In this document: in pieces, positions 51,210 to 64,000 of the stretch | How positions within the stretch are numbered: the stretch's first letter is position 1 | How the letters are laid out: every line of letters begins with the position of its first letter | DNA from: Podarcis pityusensis | Lineage: Eukaryota | Assembly (NCBI GenBank): GCA_964106645.2 | Contig: OZ067043.1 | Length of the DNA stretch: 64,000 bases | Reading direction: 5' to 3' (one strand) | Notes under the pieces: generated by a model | Seen by the model: only the letters and a program-made list of their open reading frames with translations | Told to the model about the DNA's origin: nothing | Database searches by the model: none | Made by a program: the position numbers and the translations under genes

Positions 51210-51360
51210 AATAAAAGCTGAAGGATTTAAAACATATTTTAAAAGCAAAAATGAGAAGGGGGGAAGTGATTTAAAATGGACAGTTTGAGTTCTGGTTTTT
51301 AAGCTTTCCAGTAGAAAAAAAGGAAGGGTATTAAAAACATTTATTTTGCATAGGAATAAA
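51210..51360 (+). terminator. Candidate CDKN2C polyadenylation signals
   Basis: AATAAA at 51210-51215 and 51355-51360 in AU-rich sequence; another at 50116-50121. Which one is used cannot be determined from sequence. Confidence 0.4.
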
Positions 51361-53399
51361 CTACAAAATCTATAAGAGTTTTATCACATATTTAAAATGC
51401 TCTCACTTCTGATACTGCTTTCTGATTAAAAGCCTCAATGTGTTGCGAAGTTTGGAGCATATCTGTTTTTATTTTCACCGTGTTCAGCAAATAACTTCTT
51501 TTTTAAAAAAAATCGGACATGTCGCAGGACGGGTGTGTGGCCCTGTGAACGAAAGGACACATTGAAGGATGTGATTATCATAAACATGGGGGAATGTGGA
51601 AGTGTTTTAATTCAAGATTTTGGGTTGTTACTTCCAAGAGCGCAACATAGCCAGCTCGGTGTCGTTTCCCTGTCTGCGAAACTGTAATATTAGGCTTGAG
51701 AAATTGGTAAGATTTGCCCCCTTCCCCATTTTTTAAAAAAAAGAGTTTTAGAAGTGGCTCCGGACAGTTTTGTTCTCTGCTGAAATGAGTGTTTTATCTG
51801 AACTGCACGAGCTTATTCTGCACTGAACCGAGGTTTCAGAAGGGTCAGATTAAAAAACAGCGAGTTCCACCGCTAATAAAAACAGCGACCTTTACTGCAA
51901 GCCAGAATTTAACCCAATCATATCCTTTACTGAATGGTCTCTTTTTCTTGTGAAATCAAACTGTGGCCATTTAAAAGCAGATCAGAAGCCAAACGCTAAC
52001 CCTGGATTTGCCATTTGATAAAGAATCTGATTTATTTATTTTTTAAAGGGGGGGGGTGAAGAGTTCTGGTCGGTTAAGCATGCAGTTGTACCAGCTTAAT
52101 GAGCGTTAAAGGTTTTAGCTTTGGTTATCCAAAAAGCTAAACTATTAATATTCGAAGCTGGTGGTATATATAGTGACAGGCCTTTTAACAAGCGACAGGA
52201 GTTGGCTAATGGGTTCAAAAACAAAACACGGAGAGACACAAAATATAGTCAAATTTGTCATTGCTTTGCATTATTCGCGCAAAAGAAACGTTATGAACTC
52301 AGCGTGGTTTCAGAAATGAGTTTTACGGTTCCAGGGCTGTAAGGCCAGAAGAACAGGAACACTCATTTTCAAACAAGCAATAAAACCCCAAAGTTTCAGC
52401 ATTATTTTTAGCCGACAAGAACTCTTGCCCTGGATATTGTCCGTCTAAAAGCAAAGAATGTGGATTTAGTCATGGGGACAGACCTAACCAACCTTTATAA
52501 AATATTGCATAAGCAATTGAAGATGTTAGGCTTTTAAAAATGTGCTTTACAGCCCAGTTCTTCCCATGACTACTCAGAAGTAAGTCCCCTTGAGTTTAGT
52601 GAGGCTTACATATAGACAAGTGTGTATAGGATTGCAGTCTTAAGCTACGAACCCAAGAGCACTGCTGAAGGGTGAGTGGCAACGATCCTCAATACCATGA
52701 ACACTATTATTTTAAGAGCGCGTTTTGCCAAGTAAGCAAGCTGAAGCCATATTTCGCAAGCAAGCCTCCTTTCAATTGCACTCACTCCCCATTAGAGTAT
52801 GCGCAGGATCGTGGCCCAAGAGGTGCTTATTTTAGCGTGCTGATCCTTGGAACCAAATATCCGACACACACACACACTGAAATCGAATACGAATACATAC
52901 AGTATGTCTTGGGGTTAATGTTTAATAAACAGTCTAATAATATAGATAGGGATGAAGAAAATGTCAATTGGCTGCGATGCGCTGGGCGGAGGGGTGTGTG
53001 CGTGCACGCACTATAGCGTGTGCCTGCTACAAGATAACTCCTGTAGTCTTGGAAAGTAACTAGCAAAAGTTTCCATTAAACTTACTTTCAAGAAAGCACC
53101 ATCAGGAAAAGCGTTTACAAACAGGACCAATATATTTCCGCAGAACTTCCTTCCATGGGAGAGCAAATGAGGTCAGAAAAGTCCTGTGGACTCCTATGGC
53201 TTAGCCTTAGGAAGGAAAGTGGCATTTATTTCGACAAGATTTCCTGCCAAGAAAGTGTGTTTAGGATTAGGGGAAGCTGACTTAGTGGGAGCAGGTTCAG
53301 CTGAAAGCAACGCCACTTGCTTCTAAATAAAAGGATGGAGGTGCAAGTCAAATCTGGAGCGATTAAGGCTGGGTGTGAGTGGGAGTCAATACATGGCAT

Positions 53400-54700
53400 G
53401 CTCCGGTAAAACGGGCAGCGATCCAATGCACATTCAGCACACCTAGCAGCCCTTAGATCCCACGGGGTGTAAGCGCGCATAATAAAGCTGCCTGGGTGGC
53501 ATATAAAGTTCATGTCCAGGTTCCTGACAGGCTTGGCAACGGCGCGCTGCTCGATCACAAAACTGAAAAGGTGCAGCTTCCCAAGCATTTGAACAAATCC
53601 ACACCCCTCGCCCTTCCTGGGTGCTCTCCGCCCGCAAAGGAGACGTGCGTAATTTTAGCGGTTCCACCAGGCTGCTCCTCGTCCCAGGTATGGCGCAGGA
53701 ATAACAGCCAACAGTCGCCCGCCTATGGCGCTCCTGAAACCTGCATGCCGCTTAATAAATCCGTTTGTTTGTTTTTTTGTAAGCGGGTGGGGGGCAGGAT
53801 CCCACCCCGTCATGGCAGGCCGGCTTCTTTCCCCAAGAGCCGCTCTGGCCCAGAGGCAAGGCGCTCAAAATGTCGGTGTTCACATGGCCTACGCGCCCGC
53901 CGCCGCGCGCCTCCTTCCCTCCTCTCGCGCCTCCTGGAGCGAATCTGCCGGCGGCGGGCGGTGGTCGTGTGGCCGGTGGCGCGAGGGCAGAAGACGGGGC
54001 CCACCCGCGACCCGTGTCCAGAAGCCGAGCGGCCGAAGGGGAGGAGAAGAGGCAGCCTCTGGACCGTTACTTTCCCCCCGTCCCTCCCCTTGACGGTTTC
54101 TTTTCCCCTGCTCTTCCTGTCCAAACATTTTTAAATTTCCGCGCCTTCGCCGATTTTATTTATTGGGTTTCCTCCGCGGGCTTTGCCGGCCTTTCCTCCG
54201 CGGGCTTCGCCCTTCTGGTGTGTGCGGGACTTTCCCCTCCGCCCCTTGCCCGGCGTGAGCGAGCTGCAGCCCCTTCTTCGAGGCAGGAGAGACCCCCGAG
54301 GGAGAGAGGCCGCGCGCCTCGCCTCGCCTCTGGCCTGGCCCACCTGGCTGCGAGGAGCTCCCAGGTCGCCTCTGCAACCTGCTGCCACGCAGGATCGGGC
54401 GAGAGGTTGTTATTCCCCTCCCGCCCGCCCTCGCTCCGCGCCAAGCCAAGCCAAAGACGCCGGAAACTCTGGAGAAGAAACTCCATCCCTCCGCCGTTTT
54501 CCTTCAGTGAAGATGCCGTGGAGGAGGCGGTGTGCACTTCTGGGAAGCGGGAGTTGCTCCTCTTCCTCCTGGGAAAGCCAAAACCAACTATGAGAGATGC
54601 CAGGCAGCGGCGGCGGCGGCGGCAGCCTCTCCTTGCTCGAGGCGGGTTCATCCCGTGGAGAGAGAAAGGAAGCAGCTTTGTCTTCAGGTTTGCGGCAAGT
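53400..54700. promoter_or_regulatory. Orphan CpG island downstream of CDKN2C
   Basis: About 1.3 kb GC/CpG-rich block with no recognisable protein-coding exon and no transposon hallmarks. Confidence 0.75.
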
Positions 54701-57010
54701 GAGGTATTCTTCTGATTTTGGTTATTTTAAAGTTACTCTGGCTTTACAGATAATAATAATAATAAAAATAAATTTGACCCACAAACGTTAATATTGATTT
54801 GACATGTGAAATATGATGTCATCAAGTCATAATATTACATGCCTATAAAACAGCAGCCTTCCCTGGAAGTCAGGTTAACTTGCTTATGTCAAATTCTGCT
54901 CCCAGCATTAGTGCCAAGTTAATAAACAGCGGGGAACCCTCTCAGTTCAAATTCCAGATGAAATATGCTCGCTTGTCATTGTCACCATCCTGAGAAGACG
55001 ATGCCCAAGTGATAAGAGCCAAATGGGGTGCTGAAAAGAATGGAGGGTGGTTAAAAATCTGTGGGATCTCATGCCAAGCCATTTTTAGAAAGCAACCACA
55101 AATAAGATTCCAAGGCTTTTGCACCTCTGAATTACCTGGATGTAGGCAACGTAGTTTTAGGTTTTGACTGTCAAATATCACTCTAAGCAAGCTTTCATTG
55201 TTGCATCACCTTTTAAAGTGAGAAACAGTGTTAAGAAGCAGGACATTATTAAACATGCACATTTCCATACCCCTTAATGGCTTTGGGACTTGCGCTTTCC
55301 CCCCCAAAATCTAAAAAAAAACAGATTAACATCAGAGGGTAGTGCCTATTCTTTTTAAGGCACCAACTGACATAATGTTACATCTGGGGGAAATATTCAA
55401 AGCATGAAGACTATAAACCCCTGGGAAGAGAGTGTACCTATTCTCTTCAGCCTGTCTTCTCAACGGCATTGCAACTGAGAAGTAAGCAGAAAGCTCAATT
55501 GATTAATTCAGTGCTCCTAGTTAAATTTCATTTTCATTGAAGAGTCAGTATTCTGGGGTTCCGATTTTTGCTACTTCTGAAATAACAGATTTAGGGGTTT
55601 ATCCAGCACAGCGTCGGTGTTCTTTTCTTATTTACTATACTATAGTTCAATACAGGTAGCAATCATTTATGTAACATAAGCCCTGGGGGAGATGCAGATA
55701 CAATCCAATCTTCAGAATTAAGTGTTTTATAACCATAAGGATTTTCAGCTAACGGATTCAAGGCATGGGAGGAGAAAGGTTGGTATTAAAGGTCAGTACT
55801 GGAGTGTGCTGACTTGCGTTAAGGAAATATTTAGTTTTACTGCAGTGCTGCAGCAGCTGACATTTGAAGAACTCTACAGTTGCCTTTAAGATGATAAGCT
55901 TCACAACCTTGCAGTGGAATTCTTTTCAAAGTTTAGACGACAATATAGTGTAACATGTAATTCAAATTTTCTTATCCCCTGTTTCTGAAACTCAGAGCAA
56001 AAACAGTTATATTCAAGTAACAGCCATTTTACTGGAGCTTTAAGTAGGAAACACCATTTCAGGCCTTGAATTTTAAGTTTCCTGTTCAGTTTCATACTAA
56101 ATGAAATACATGGCATTTGGGCCCTATTTATGTCCTTGGCAAGGGCATTTTCTCCTACATGTGTGCTAGTACAAAGGTGATCCTGCATCCGTTTTGCATG
56201 GTGACATCTTATAGCCAGGATTATAATAGAGACTGCATCTTGGCAGTACTGTCTATTCAAATATCAGTTGTTATTTCTATTTTGGGTTGCTGCTGAACAA
56301 GGAATGCATGATGATTGAAAAGTTTCCAGTGGTTAAGGGAGGAAAAGCAGAACTATTGGACTATTAATTAAAATTTCCTCAGTATCCCATACAGTCCATT
56401 CTTAAACAGGTCTTCCAATAAGAAAAAGAAAGTCGGTTAGCAAAAGCCCAATTTAATAATAATAAAAACAGTTTAATAGAATTTCCACTTGATGGGGTTC
56501 TCAGATCTACTTGTTCATAGCTGTCTCCTGGCAAACAAAGCTGCAAAAGGGAGTAAAGCACCCATTTGAGATGCAGATTCCTATCCTCTTTTAAGTGTAG
56601 TGTAGTGCATTTTGAAGCCTGCCTTTATCATTCGATAATATTGATTACAACATGAATTAAGGTAAACAGTATTTTTTAGGTGAAGGGGGGAGCTATGATA
56701 TTTCTAATTTAGGTTATAGCTCTAAGCATGTTTGCTTTTAGAAGCAAGTTCCATTAAAATAAGTGGTACTTACCTCCTATTTGTGTATGGAATCAGGTAT
56801 TAGAAAACAACAATGGTGTTTTGAGTACACTAGGTACTATCTTATTTACTTAAATATGTATCCCTTTGTGGCTAGAGACAAAGAGCAGTAGCTTTTACCA
56901 TAGTATGTTCATAGGTCTTCCCTAGAGGGGGAATAGTGTTGTCATAAGATATAATATGCCCAGCCCATTTTGGAATATAGTTATATGTTCACAATTTGAA
57001 TGAGAATTAA

Positions 57011-57157
57011 GTCACCTATAGCTCAGTTGCTAGAGCAAGAGAGTCTAAATTTCAGGGTCCTGGGTTCGAGATCCACGTTGGGCAAAAGATTCCTGCATTG
57101 TAGAGGGTTGGACTAGATGACCCTCATGGTATTTTCCATGCTACAACTCTGTGATTC
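57011..57157 (+). mobile_element. tRNA(Lys)-derived SINE with CR1-type 3' tail
   Basis: A box TAGCTCAGTTGCTAGAGC, B box GGTTCGAGATCC, then GGGTTGGACTAGATGACC and a GATTC tail. Confidence 0.82.
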
Positions 57158-57644
57158 AATAACTGATGCCATTCACAGGAGCAGATATAGTTCTGTACTA
57201 CTATGTTAGTCTACGAGACAAAAAAATAATCTTAGGGCACCTTAAACACCAACGTTTATTGTACCATAAGCTTTCACGGACAAGAAATCACTTCATCAGA
57301 TGAAGGCAGTATTACCCTCTTTGTATACCATGTGCACATAAATGGACTCTCACGGAGAGAGATACAGAGAAAAGAAAATGTAAACAGTCCTGTTCCATAG
57401 TTGTGCATGTATTGTTAATTATGTGATTTACAAGTCGCCAAATGTACACAAAGCAGTGCCCAGTGTATGTGGAAAAACACTCTGGAATAGTATTGCCAGT
57501 GGGTTTGGGGGGGTAAGGAGAGGGTTAATAATAATAATAATAATAATAATTTATTATTTATACCCCACCCATTTGGCTGGGTTTCCCCAGCCACTCTGGC
57601 AGCTTACAACAAAATATTAAAAATACAATAAAACATCAGACATT

Positions 57645-58027
57645 TACAGATAGGTAGCCGTGTTGGTCTGCCATAGTCAAAATAAAAAAATCCTTCCAGT
57701 AGCACCTTTAAGACCAACTAAGTTAGTTCTTGGTATGAGCTTTCGTGTGCAAGCTTTCACGGACAAGAAATCACTTCATCAGATGAAGGCAGTATTACCC
57801 TCTTTGTATACCATGTGCACATAAATGGACTCTCACGGAGAGAGATACAGAGAAAAGAAAATGTAAACAGTCCTGTTCCATAGTTGTGCATGTATTGTTA
57901 ATTATGTGATTTACAAGTCGCCAAATGTACACAAAGCAGTGAAGAAGTGTGCTTGCACACGAAAGCTCATACCAAGAACTAACTTAGTTGGTCTTAAAGG
58001 TGCTACTGGAAGGATTTTTTTATTTTG
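57645..58027. mobile_element. Penelope-like element remnant (inverted pLTR arms) containing a captured local segment
   Basis: 79-bp perfect inverted repeats at 57676-57754 and 57951-58029, 12-bp TSD ACATCAGACATT (57633-57644, 58028-58039). Inserted in a LINE tail that starts with (AAT)n at about 57526. Confidence 0.8.
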
Positions 58028-59918
58028 ACATCAGACATTAAAAGCTTCCCTAAACAGGGTTAGAGTACAGGAGTGAGGAGAGCCACAGCAAGGTTCAATG
58101 GCCCCTTCTTGTATTTATTCATTATTAAATTACAAAAAGCAGTGCGTTTTAAATATCACATATTGTACCTTATAGTACAGTTGATAATAAACAGAACACA
58201 GCTGCTACCAAGAAACACATGTGGCCTGAAAAACATGGGGGCTGCTGGGGAACTTTCTGCCTTCCTCGTTGTCACCCCTGCCTGCACAAATGGGGCAGTG
58301 AACCTCATTCGGTACATTCTGGCACCCTCTAGAGCACCTGATAGACTATGATAAGCATCCCCATCTGTCCCTTGATTTAGAAGTCTGTTCTTGCATGTTT
58401 TTCCTCCTGTTTGGTTCTAGCTGCATACAATGCCATTTTGCAAACAAACATATCTGCATTTGGGTCAGGATAACACCCTATTGCGTAACATTCATACATT
58501 ATTTAGCTTTGGAATTTTCCTTCTCGCTCTCATGTCAAAGCAATAGCTAGTTGAGCAAAAGAGATCACTGTATTGCTTGATTAGAAAGGCAGCCCAGACT
58601 GTTTTTGGTCAAACCCCAAACCATGTGCTAATCTCTGTGACTGTCATTTGAGGCTCTCTTGCAGGTGCTTCCAGTTTTTGAGATACTTTGCATGAGGACT
58701 GGGGAAAGGGCCTTTTCAGTTGCAGCACCATGCCTTTAGAAGGTTCAAGTTCTTGCCTAGGGCCTACTTTTTTGTCTTTATTGTGCTGGGCAAATATATT
58801 TTTATTCTCCCAGGCCTTTTAGACCTTTTAAGTCACAGTGAAAGTTTTTTGTTGTTTTTTTACTAGTTCTGTCCTATCAAGTTTTTATTTATATTGTTTC
58901 TGCTGTTTCTTGCTCTTCATGATATTTTTATAGTTAAGCACCTTGTGTGCTGAAAGTCTGGGACAGAAATTTAATGCAGTAAAAGAGATAAGCAGAAAGG
59001 AATTATTATCATGTTAATATTATTAATTACATTCAGAGACTAATTTACTGTGTTTCAGATGATGTCTGTGAGAGAAAGGGAGTGATGCTTAAATCTTAGC
59101 ATTTTAGTTTTATACCAAAAGTCTCCCCCGCCCATGCACAGATGTTAACTCCGAGGAGCATTCACTTATTAAGAACTTGCCTTAAATGGTATTGTGGCCA
59201 ATAGAACTTCCCCCTGATGCTCTTAACAGTCCTATGTGGTGCAAAGCACTTCAAGTTACCTTTCTTGAAGTTAGAATACTTTCTTCCATTTTGGCAGGTT
59301 AAAAAGGATGCAGTTACAGGCGATGTAAGCCAGTAGTTGAGATGTGATTGTCTAAATATTGTGCTTACTGCTTTCTTTTCATCATACCTTACTTACTTGC
59401 AAATCTGTAAATAAACCATTTTAAATATACTGTAAGATTTTTGCTCTGTCTCTTTTGAAGGAAACTGACTCTAGTAAGGCTGCCCAGTATGTCTCAGTGC
59501 TCAGGAAAGAGGAAGCAACATTATATTTTAAAATGAGTGCAGTCCTCCCCACCATTCTGGTATATTATTCAGTTTACAGCTAAGGGAACACAATTGCCTC
59601 AGTAACTTATGCACATGCTCTCACACATATTTTCAGTTAACCTCTGTTTGGCAAACCTCCTGCTTAAAAATAATAATGATAAAGAAGCTGCTTATTTAGG
59701 CCCTTTCCAAATCTTGTCATTGTATAATTAGATTATTGGACTAGAGCACTGTTTTTCCTTTGACAGAAGTGGGATACAAAACCTGTGCAAAATTATTTAA
59801 AAGCCTTTTAGACCAGAAATCTCAAACTATACCATTATTTTGGGATTATGCCAGAAAAACTTAAAAGTTGCCAAAGTGTTGCTAATAGCCTCAGCTGTTA
59901 AGAGTCATCATTGAATTA

Positions 59919-60251
59919 TTATTATTTTTTTTAGCATTGGTGCTGACCTTTATTTTTTTTAATAAGTTTTTATTGTTAAAATAGTTCATCATTAATACAC
60001 ATATACAAGCATACAAACATACATTTCATACAATCCTTAAAAGTGTTCAAACATACTTACACTCAATCCCACAAATAATTCCTTTCCCCATCACCATCCA
60101 CCACCCCTCACCCCACCTTTGTGTTTGACTTCCAATCTACTCAGTTACAATTTCTTTCCACTTCTATTACTTTCTTTCACACACCTTTAGCCTAATTTCA
60201 TACTTCTTTTTATATTACACATTGTTATCCATCTTATTTGATATTTCAGTA
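59919..60251 (-). mobile_element. L1-type retroposed 3' fragment with poly(A)
   Basis: 14-bp TSD TCATCATTGAATTA (59905-59918, 60252-60265), minus-strand AATAAA at 59969-59974 and A-rich tails. Confidence 0.7.
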
Positions 60252-60825
60252 TCATCATTGAATTAAGTATTAGAATAAAGCAAAATATGTTGGTGGAATT
60301 GCCACTGAAGTTTAAGATCTTCAAAGGCTCCTTCCATGAAAAAATGTCTCTGCATAAATGGCAACTTAGCCAGTCTCACTATGATTTTTAGATTTGGCAT
60401 TCTAGATTGACTTTTAGTTTGAAGCAGGCTATTTGTCACAGAGTTCCCAAGCTTCGCTCACGTTAAATCTTCACCGGCAAGAGAAAGTAAGTCTTTTATG
60501 GGTAACCATAAAATTGGCATTTCCTATTTTGACTCGCTTTTTGACCAGGCAACCTGAAATAACATTCTTTAATGTAATTTTTGGAAGACATGTTAAACTA
60601 AGGGTAAAACAAGGCTCTAAGGCACTGTCCGTATCCTTTTCAAGTTTTGGGCCTTTGGAATGCAGTATCTTTCCACTGCTGTCAAGTTGCTATATGACAT
60701 AGCATGTGCATTGCTTGACAAAGTCTCCCACTTTTGATTCTGCCTACATTTTAATGCAGAGACCAGCAAGAATTTGGAAAGCATTTGTGCTTCAAGTAAA
60801 CAGATTCTGGGAGGAGCTCAGGGTG

Positions 60826-60853
60826 TGCTGCTGCTGCTGCTGCTGCTGCTGCT
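60826..60853. repeat. (CTG)n microsatellite, about 9 units
   Basis: Direct reading. Confidence 0.95.
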
Positions 60854-61972
60854 CAGCCATGAAGAGGGTACAGACCTAGTCCCCTCTGCACCAGATCCCA
60901 CCCTCTCCTCTCTCAAACCCCACCCTCTTTTGCAGAGGCAAGTGCTGACAATTACACTCATCCTTCAGTCCTTGCTCTCCCTGGCAACATGCCTAGAAGT
61001 CTAGATCTTTGCAACAGAATGCGCAGTGGGGGAGGGTGAAAAGTCTGAGCAACTCCTATTCTGATTACAAGCTTTTCCTACATGTGATTAGTCAGAAATA
61101 ATAGCCTAAAGTGGTGGAACTAGAAATATACTGTTAATTTGAGAAGTATACCCTTTAAAAAAAAACCTGGCAAAGCAGAGGGCTCTTAATTTACCCAGTA
61201 CCTGCTACTAACTGCGATGAAGATGATGTCATTCTCAGAATGTGACAAAGGGCTAATAGTATATGCAGTAAAAACAATGAGTCAACAGTTTCTATGCCCT
61301 TGAGGTCAAACTTTCCACAGATTGAAAGTAGCCTATTCTTTTTTTACACACAGGATTTGCAGTTATTAGCTACTGCATAATAAAGAAATGTGCAATGTCA
61401 AGATAACAGAGGAACAAAACTTTTTTTGTTCAAAGTAGAAATCCCTGAAAGTGTTTACTGTAACAAAAAAAAGGAAAGAAGAAAACATTCAAACGTTTTA
61501 GAAAACTAATTCTTGAGCCTTTGCCTCTCAAAGCAGTGCTAAGAAATGCTGTGCATCGAAAAGCAATGATATACATATGCAGAGTTGCAATATGCAACCT
61601 CGATAATTCTGAGAACCCAACTTCCTGTAAGGTTGAGAGGAGAGGTTCACTGTTGCTGTTTAAATGGCTTCATCAGCTCCATCTCTATGTGGGAATCTTC
61701 ATAAATATCAAACAGAGCTTTTGTTTTCAGCAGTACAGGGTAAGAAGCTGCTCATTTCTGAAGATGTTTTTGATTATGGCCATCGGTTTTGGTTGCTTGA
61801 AAGACAGTTAAACCGTGAGTCTTGTCCGTTATGTTTACTCAGAAGCAAGTCCCACTGGTTTCATTGGAGCTTACTTCCAGGCAAGACTGCGGCCTTGAAT
61901 GTGAAAAATAACATCAAGTAATTGGATGAACCTCAATGCCTCATTAGCTTTTATTTGTAATAGACCTATGTA

Positions 61973-62214
61973 CAGTGGTACCTCAGGTTAAGTACTTAAT
62001 TCGTTCCGGAGGGCCGTACTTAACCTGAAACTGTTCTTAACCTGAAGCACCACTTTAGCTAATGGGGCCTCCTGCTTCTGCCGCGCCACCGGATCATGGT
62101 TTCTGTTCTCATCCTGAAGCAAAGTTCTTAACCTGAGGTACTATTTCTGGGTTGGCGGAGTCTGCAACCTGAAGCGTCTGTAACCTGAAGCGTCTGTAAC
62201 CCGAGGTACCACTG
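61973..62214 (-). mobile_element. Tc1/mariner MITE, family A copy 4
   Basis: Same TIRs and TA duplication, inverted orientation. Confidence 0.92.
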
Positions 62215-64000
62215 TATTGGTGAAATATTGTCTGTCTTTTGTATTAACTAAAAATTAACTAATTTGTTTAATGCCAATTGCACTCTAATTTTTCATACCA
62301 CCATAACAGAAAATAGGGATGGTGGAGCAAGACTGTGGGGATGAGAGAAGTAGCAGGAGCCAACATTCTGTCAGTCTGGATTACTGATATCTGGTTAAGA
62401 AGAAAACGTATATAAGCCGCATTTAGCATCTTGCCTATACAGACCTCTGGGTGTTTAGTTCTGTTTGTTTTTTGTTTTATACAATGCCTGTAAGGATTGT
62501 TCTGCTCTATAGTAGCAACTAGTAACTAAACTGAATGGACATATTAAAACTGAATGAAGGCATATTGGCAGCCATGTTTGTATACTGTTGAGTCCATTCT
62601 ATCACCCTCATTAATTTCTTTATGGCCTCTAGATAAGCCACACTCAACTTGCTCCCAGTTAAAGCTTGCATTTTACAAAGGGTGGTGGTATCTGGTCATG
62701 TCATGGCTCACTGACTTGCTTAAATAAATTGATTTCCCTGGATCTGTTCTGGTTCAAATCCCAGGCATGAACTTCACTAGCTGACCTTACAGGGTTCCTC
62801 TGATGATAAAATAAGAGAGCAAAAGACAAGGTGACTATAAATATTTTTTGAAAAAATTGTTTTGTCTGAAAATACTTAGTAAAATACCACCCAATATATA
62901 TAACTCATCTAACAATATGTTCCAGTAATTTACTAAATGTGTACTCCAGAAGAACAATAGCAAACAGTTATAACATGCTTTACAAATTGTTGCTGCCGAT
63001 TTCCTTATCATTTAAAGTGGCTTTTCTTTCATTATTTCATTACAGATTGACGCTTTATTGAGCAAGGAATGGAATCTGAAAAGGTTGTTGTAACCACAGC
63101 ATTGAAAAAAGCAGCTTCCACAGTTTCATCGACAAATCCAATACTATTTGGCTCTGCTGCTATTTGTCAGGTAACCAAATTTGTCAACCCAGAAAAGCCC
63201 AGGATTTCACTAGCTCAGATTGGCCAGGAAGGCCCATTTCACCCCAAATAGGAGGAAAACGACACCAGTTGTATTGTCAAAGCATCAGAGCCAGGATCTT
63301 TGTTCCTGGTCCTGTGAACTGCTGTGCCCATGACGCAGCTCATGGGATTGTTATGAAGAGATTTCCTCTTATAAATGCCACAGAAGGTGTCTGTGAAAAA
63401 AACACAGTAAAGAATCAGGCTTTCATTTAGCTTCTCAACTATGGTTAGAGAAACCTAACTTGAGCCATGCAGGTGTTAATGTTTGCATTACATCTAAAAA
63501 AAGAAAGAAAAACAATCATAAAGATTCTTTGGCACCCAGGCCTAAATGGCATGTATATGGAACTAACGGTCAGTTCGCACAACCCTGGAAGCACAGCAGA
63601 GTGTCGGCTGACTGAAGCAGCGTTACAGGGTTGCCCAAGGTACCCTTGTCATCAGAGTGCATTGCCATGAGTTCAGTTTGCCAACAATTTCACGTGGCAC
63701 TGTGCATTTCTGACTCATGACCCCAATATGTGGTGAAATCTCAGGAAAAAAATGGAGTGCAGACCAGCTCTTTATTATTCCCTCCCCACAGCTAAGTACC
63801 ATTGATAAGTGGGCTTTCCATAGCTCTTTGCTTTGCAGTTTGAAAAGAGTATATTCATTGTGCATATATATATATATATATATAGCTTTTCCTCTAGTTT
63901 TCATCACTGTGACCAAAGGTCTGGGAGATTACTACATCGTATTTCACATCCTTTCTCACTTTTGTACATCTATATTGCTGGCCAATATGAAAACCCATTT

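Noticed and set aside
53496-54715. 212-aa and 281-aa ORFs in the downstream CpG island
   Set aside because: Pro/Arg/Ala-rich compositional ORFs in several frames with no recognisable homology.
57011-57083. tRNA-Lys gene
   Set aside because: Many stem and anticodon-arm substitutions and a CR1-type tail; it is a SINE head.

Overview
Vertebrate genomic DNA from a squamate reptile, most likely a lacertid lizard (Sauria SINEs, BovB/RTE, CR1, L2, Penelope and many MITEs). The window holds the conserved head-to-head FAF1 / CDKN2C (p18INK4c) locus. FAF1 coding exons 1-3 lie on the minus strand (26588-26632, 15376-15444, 822-868) and the gene continues off the left edge. The complete two-exon CDS of CDKN2C lies on the plus strand (44785-44913 + 49483-49878, 174 aa). 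There are CpG islands at the FAF1 promoter, at the CDKN2C promoter (interrupted by a 137-N gap), over CDKN2C exon 2, and an orphan island about 4 kb downstream. The rest is intronic or intergenic and rich in transposons. Most interesting observations: (1) the ARF-equivalent alternative frame of CDKN2C exon 2 is open for 104 codons, although no AUG-bearing first exon for it was found; (2) a Tc2-type MITE carries a 118-bp tandem array whose units consist of two long hairpins, one a perfect 50-bp palindrome; (3) a Penelope-like insertion has its centre replaced by an exact 191-bp copy of nearby DNA, joined at hammerhead-like motifs; (4) a CR1 fragment has a 106-bp target-site duplication; (5) uORFs sit at the p18 start codon, one overlapping it. 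All gene and family assignments come from sequence recognition by eye, not from database searches.
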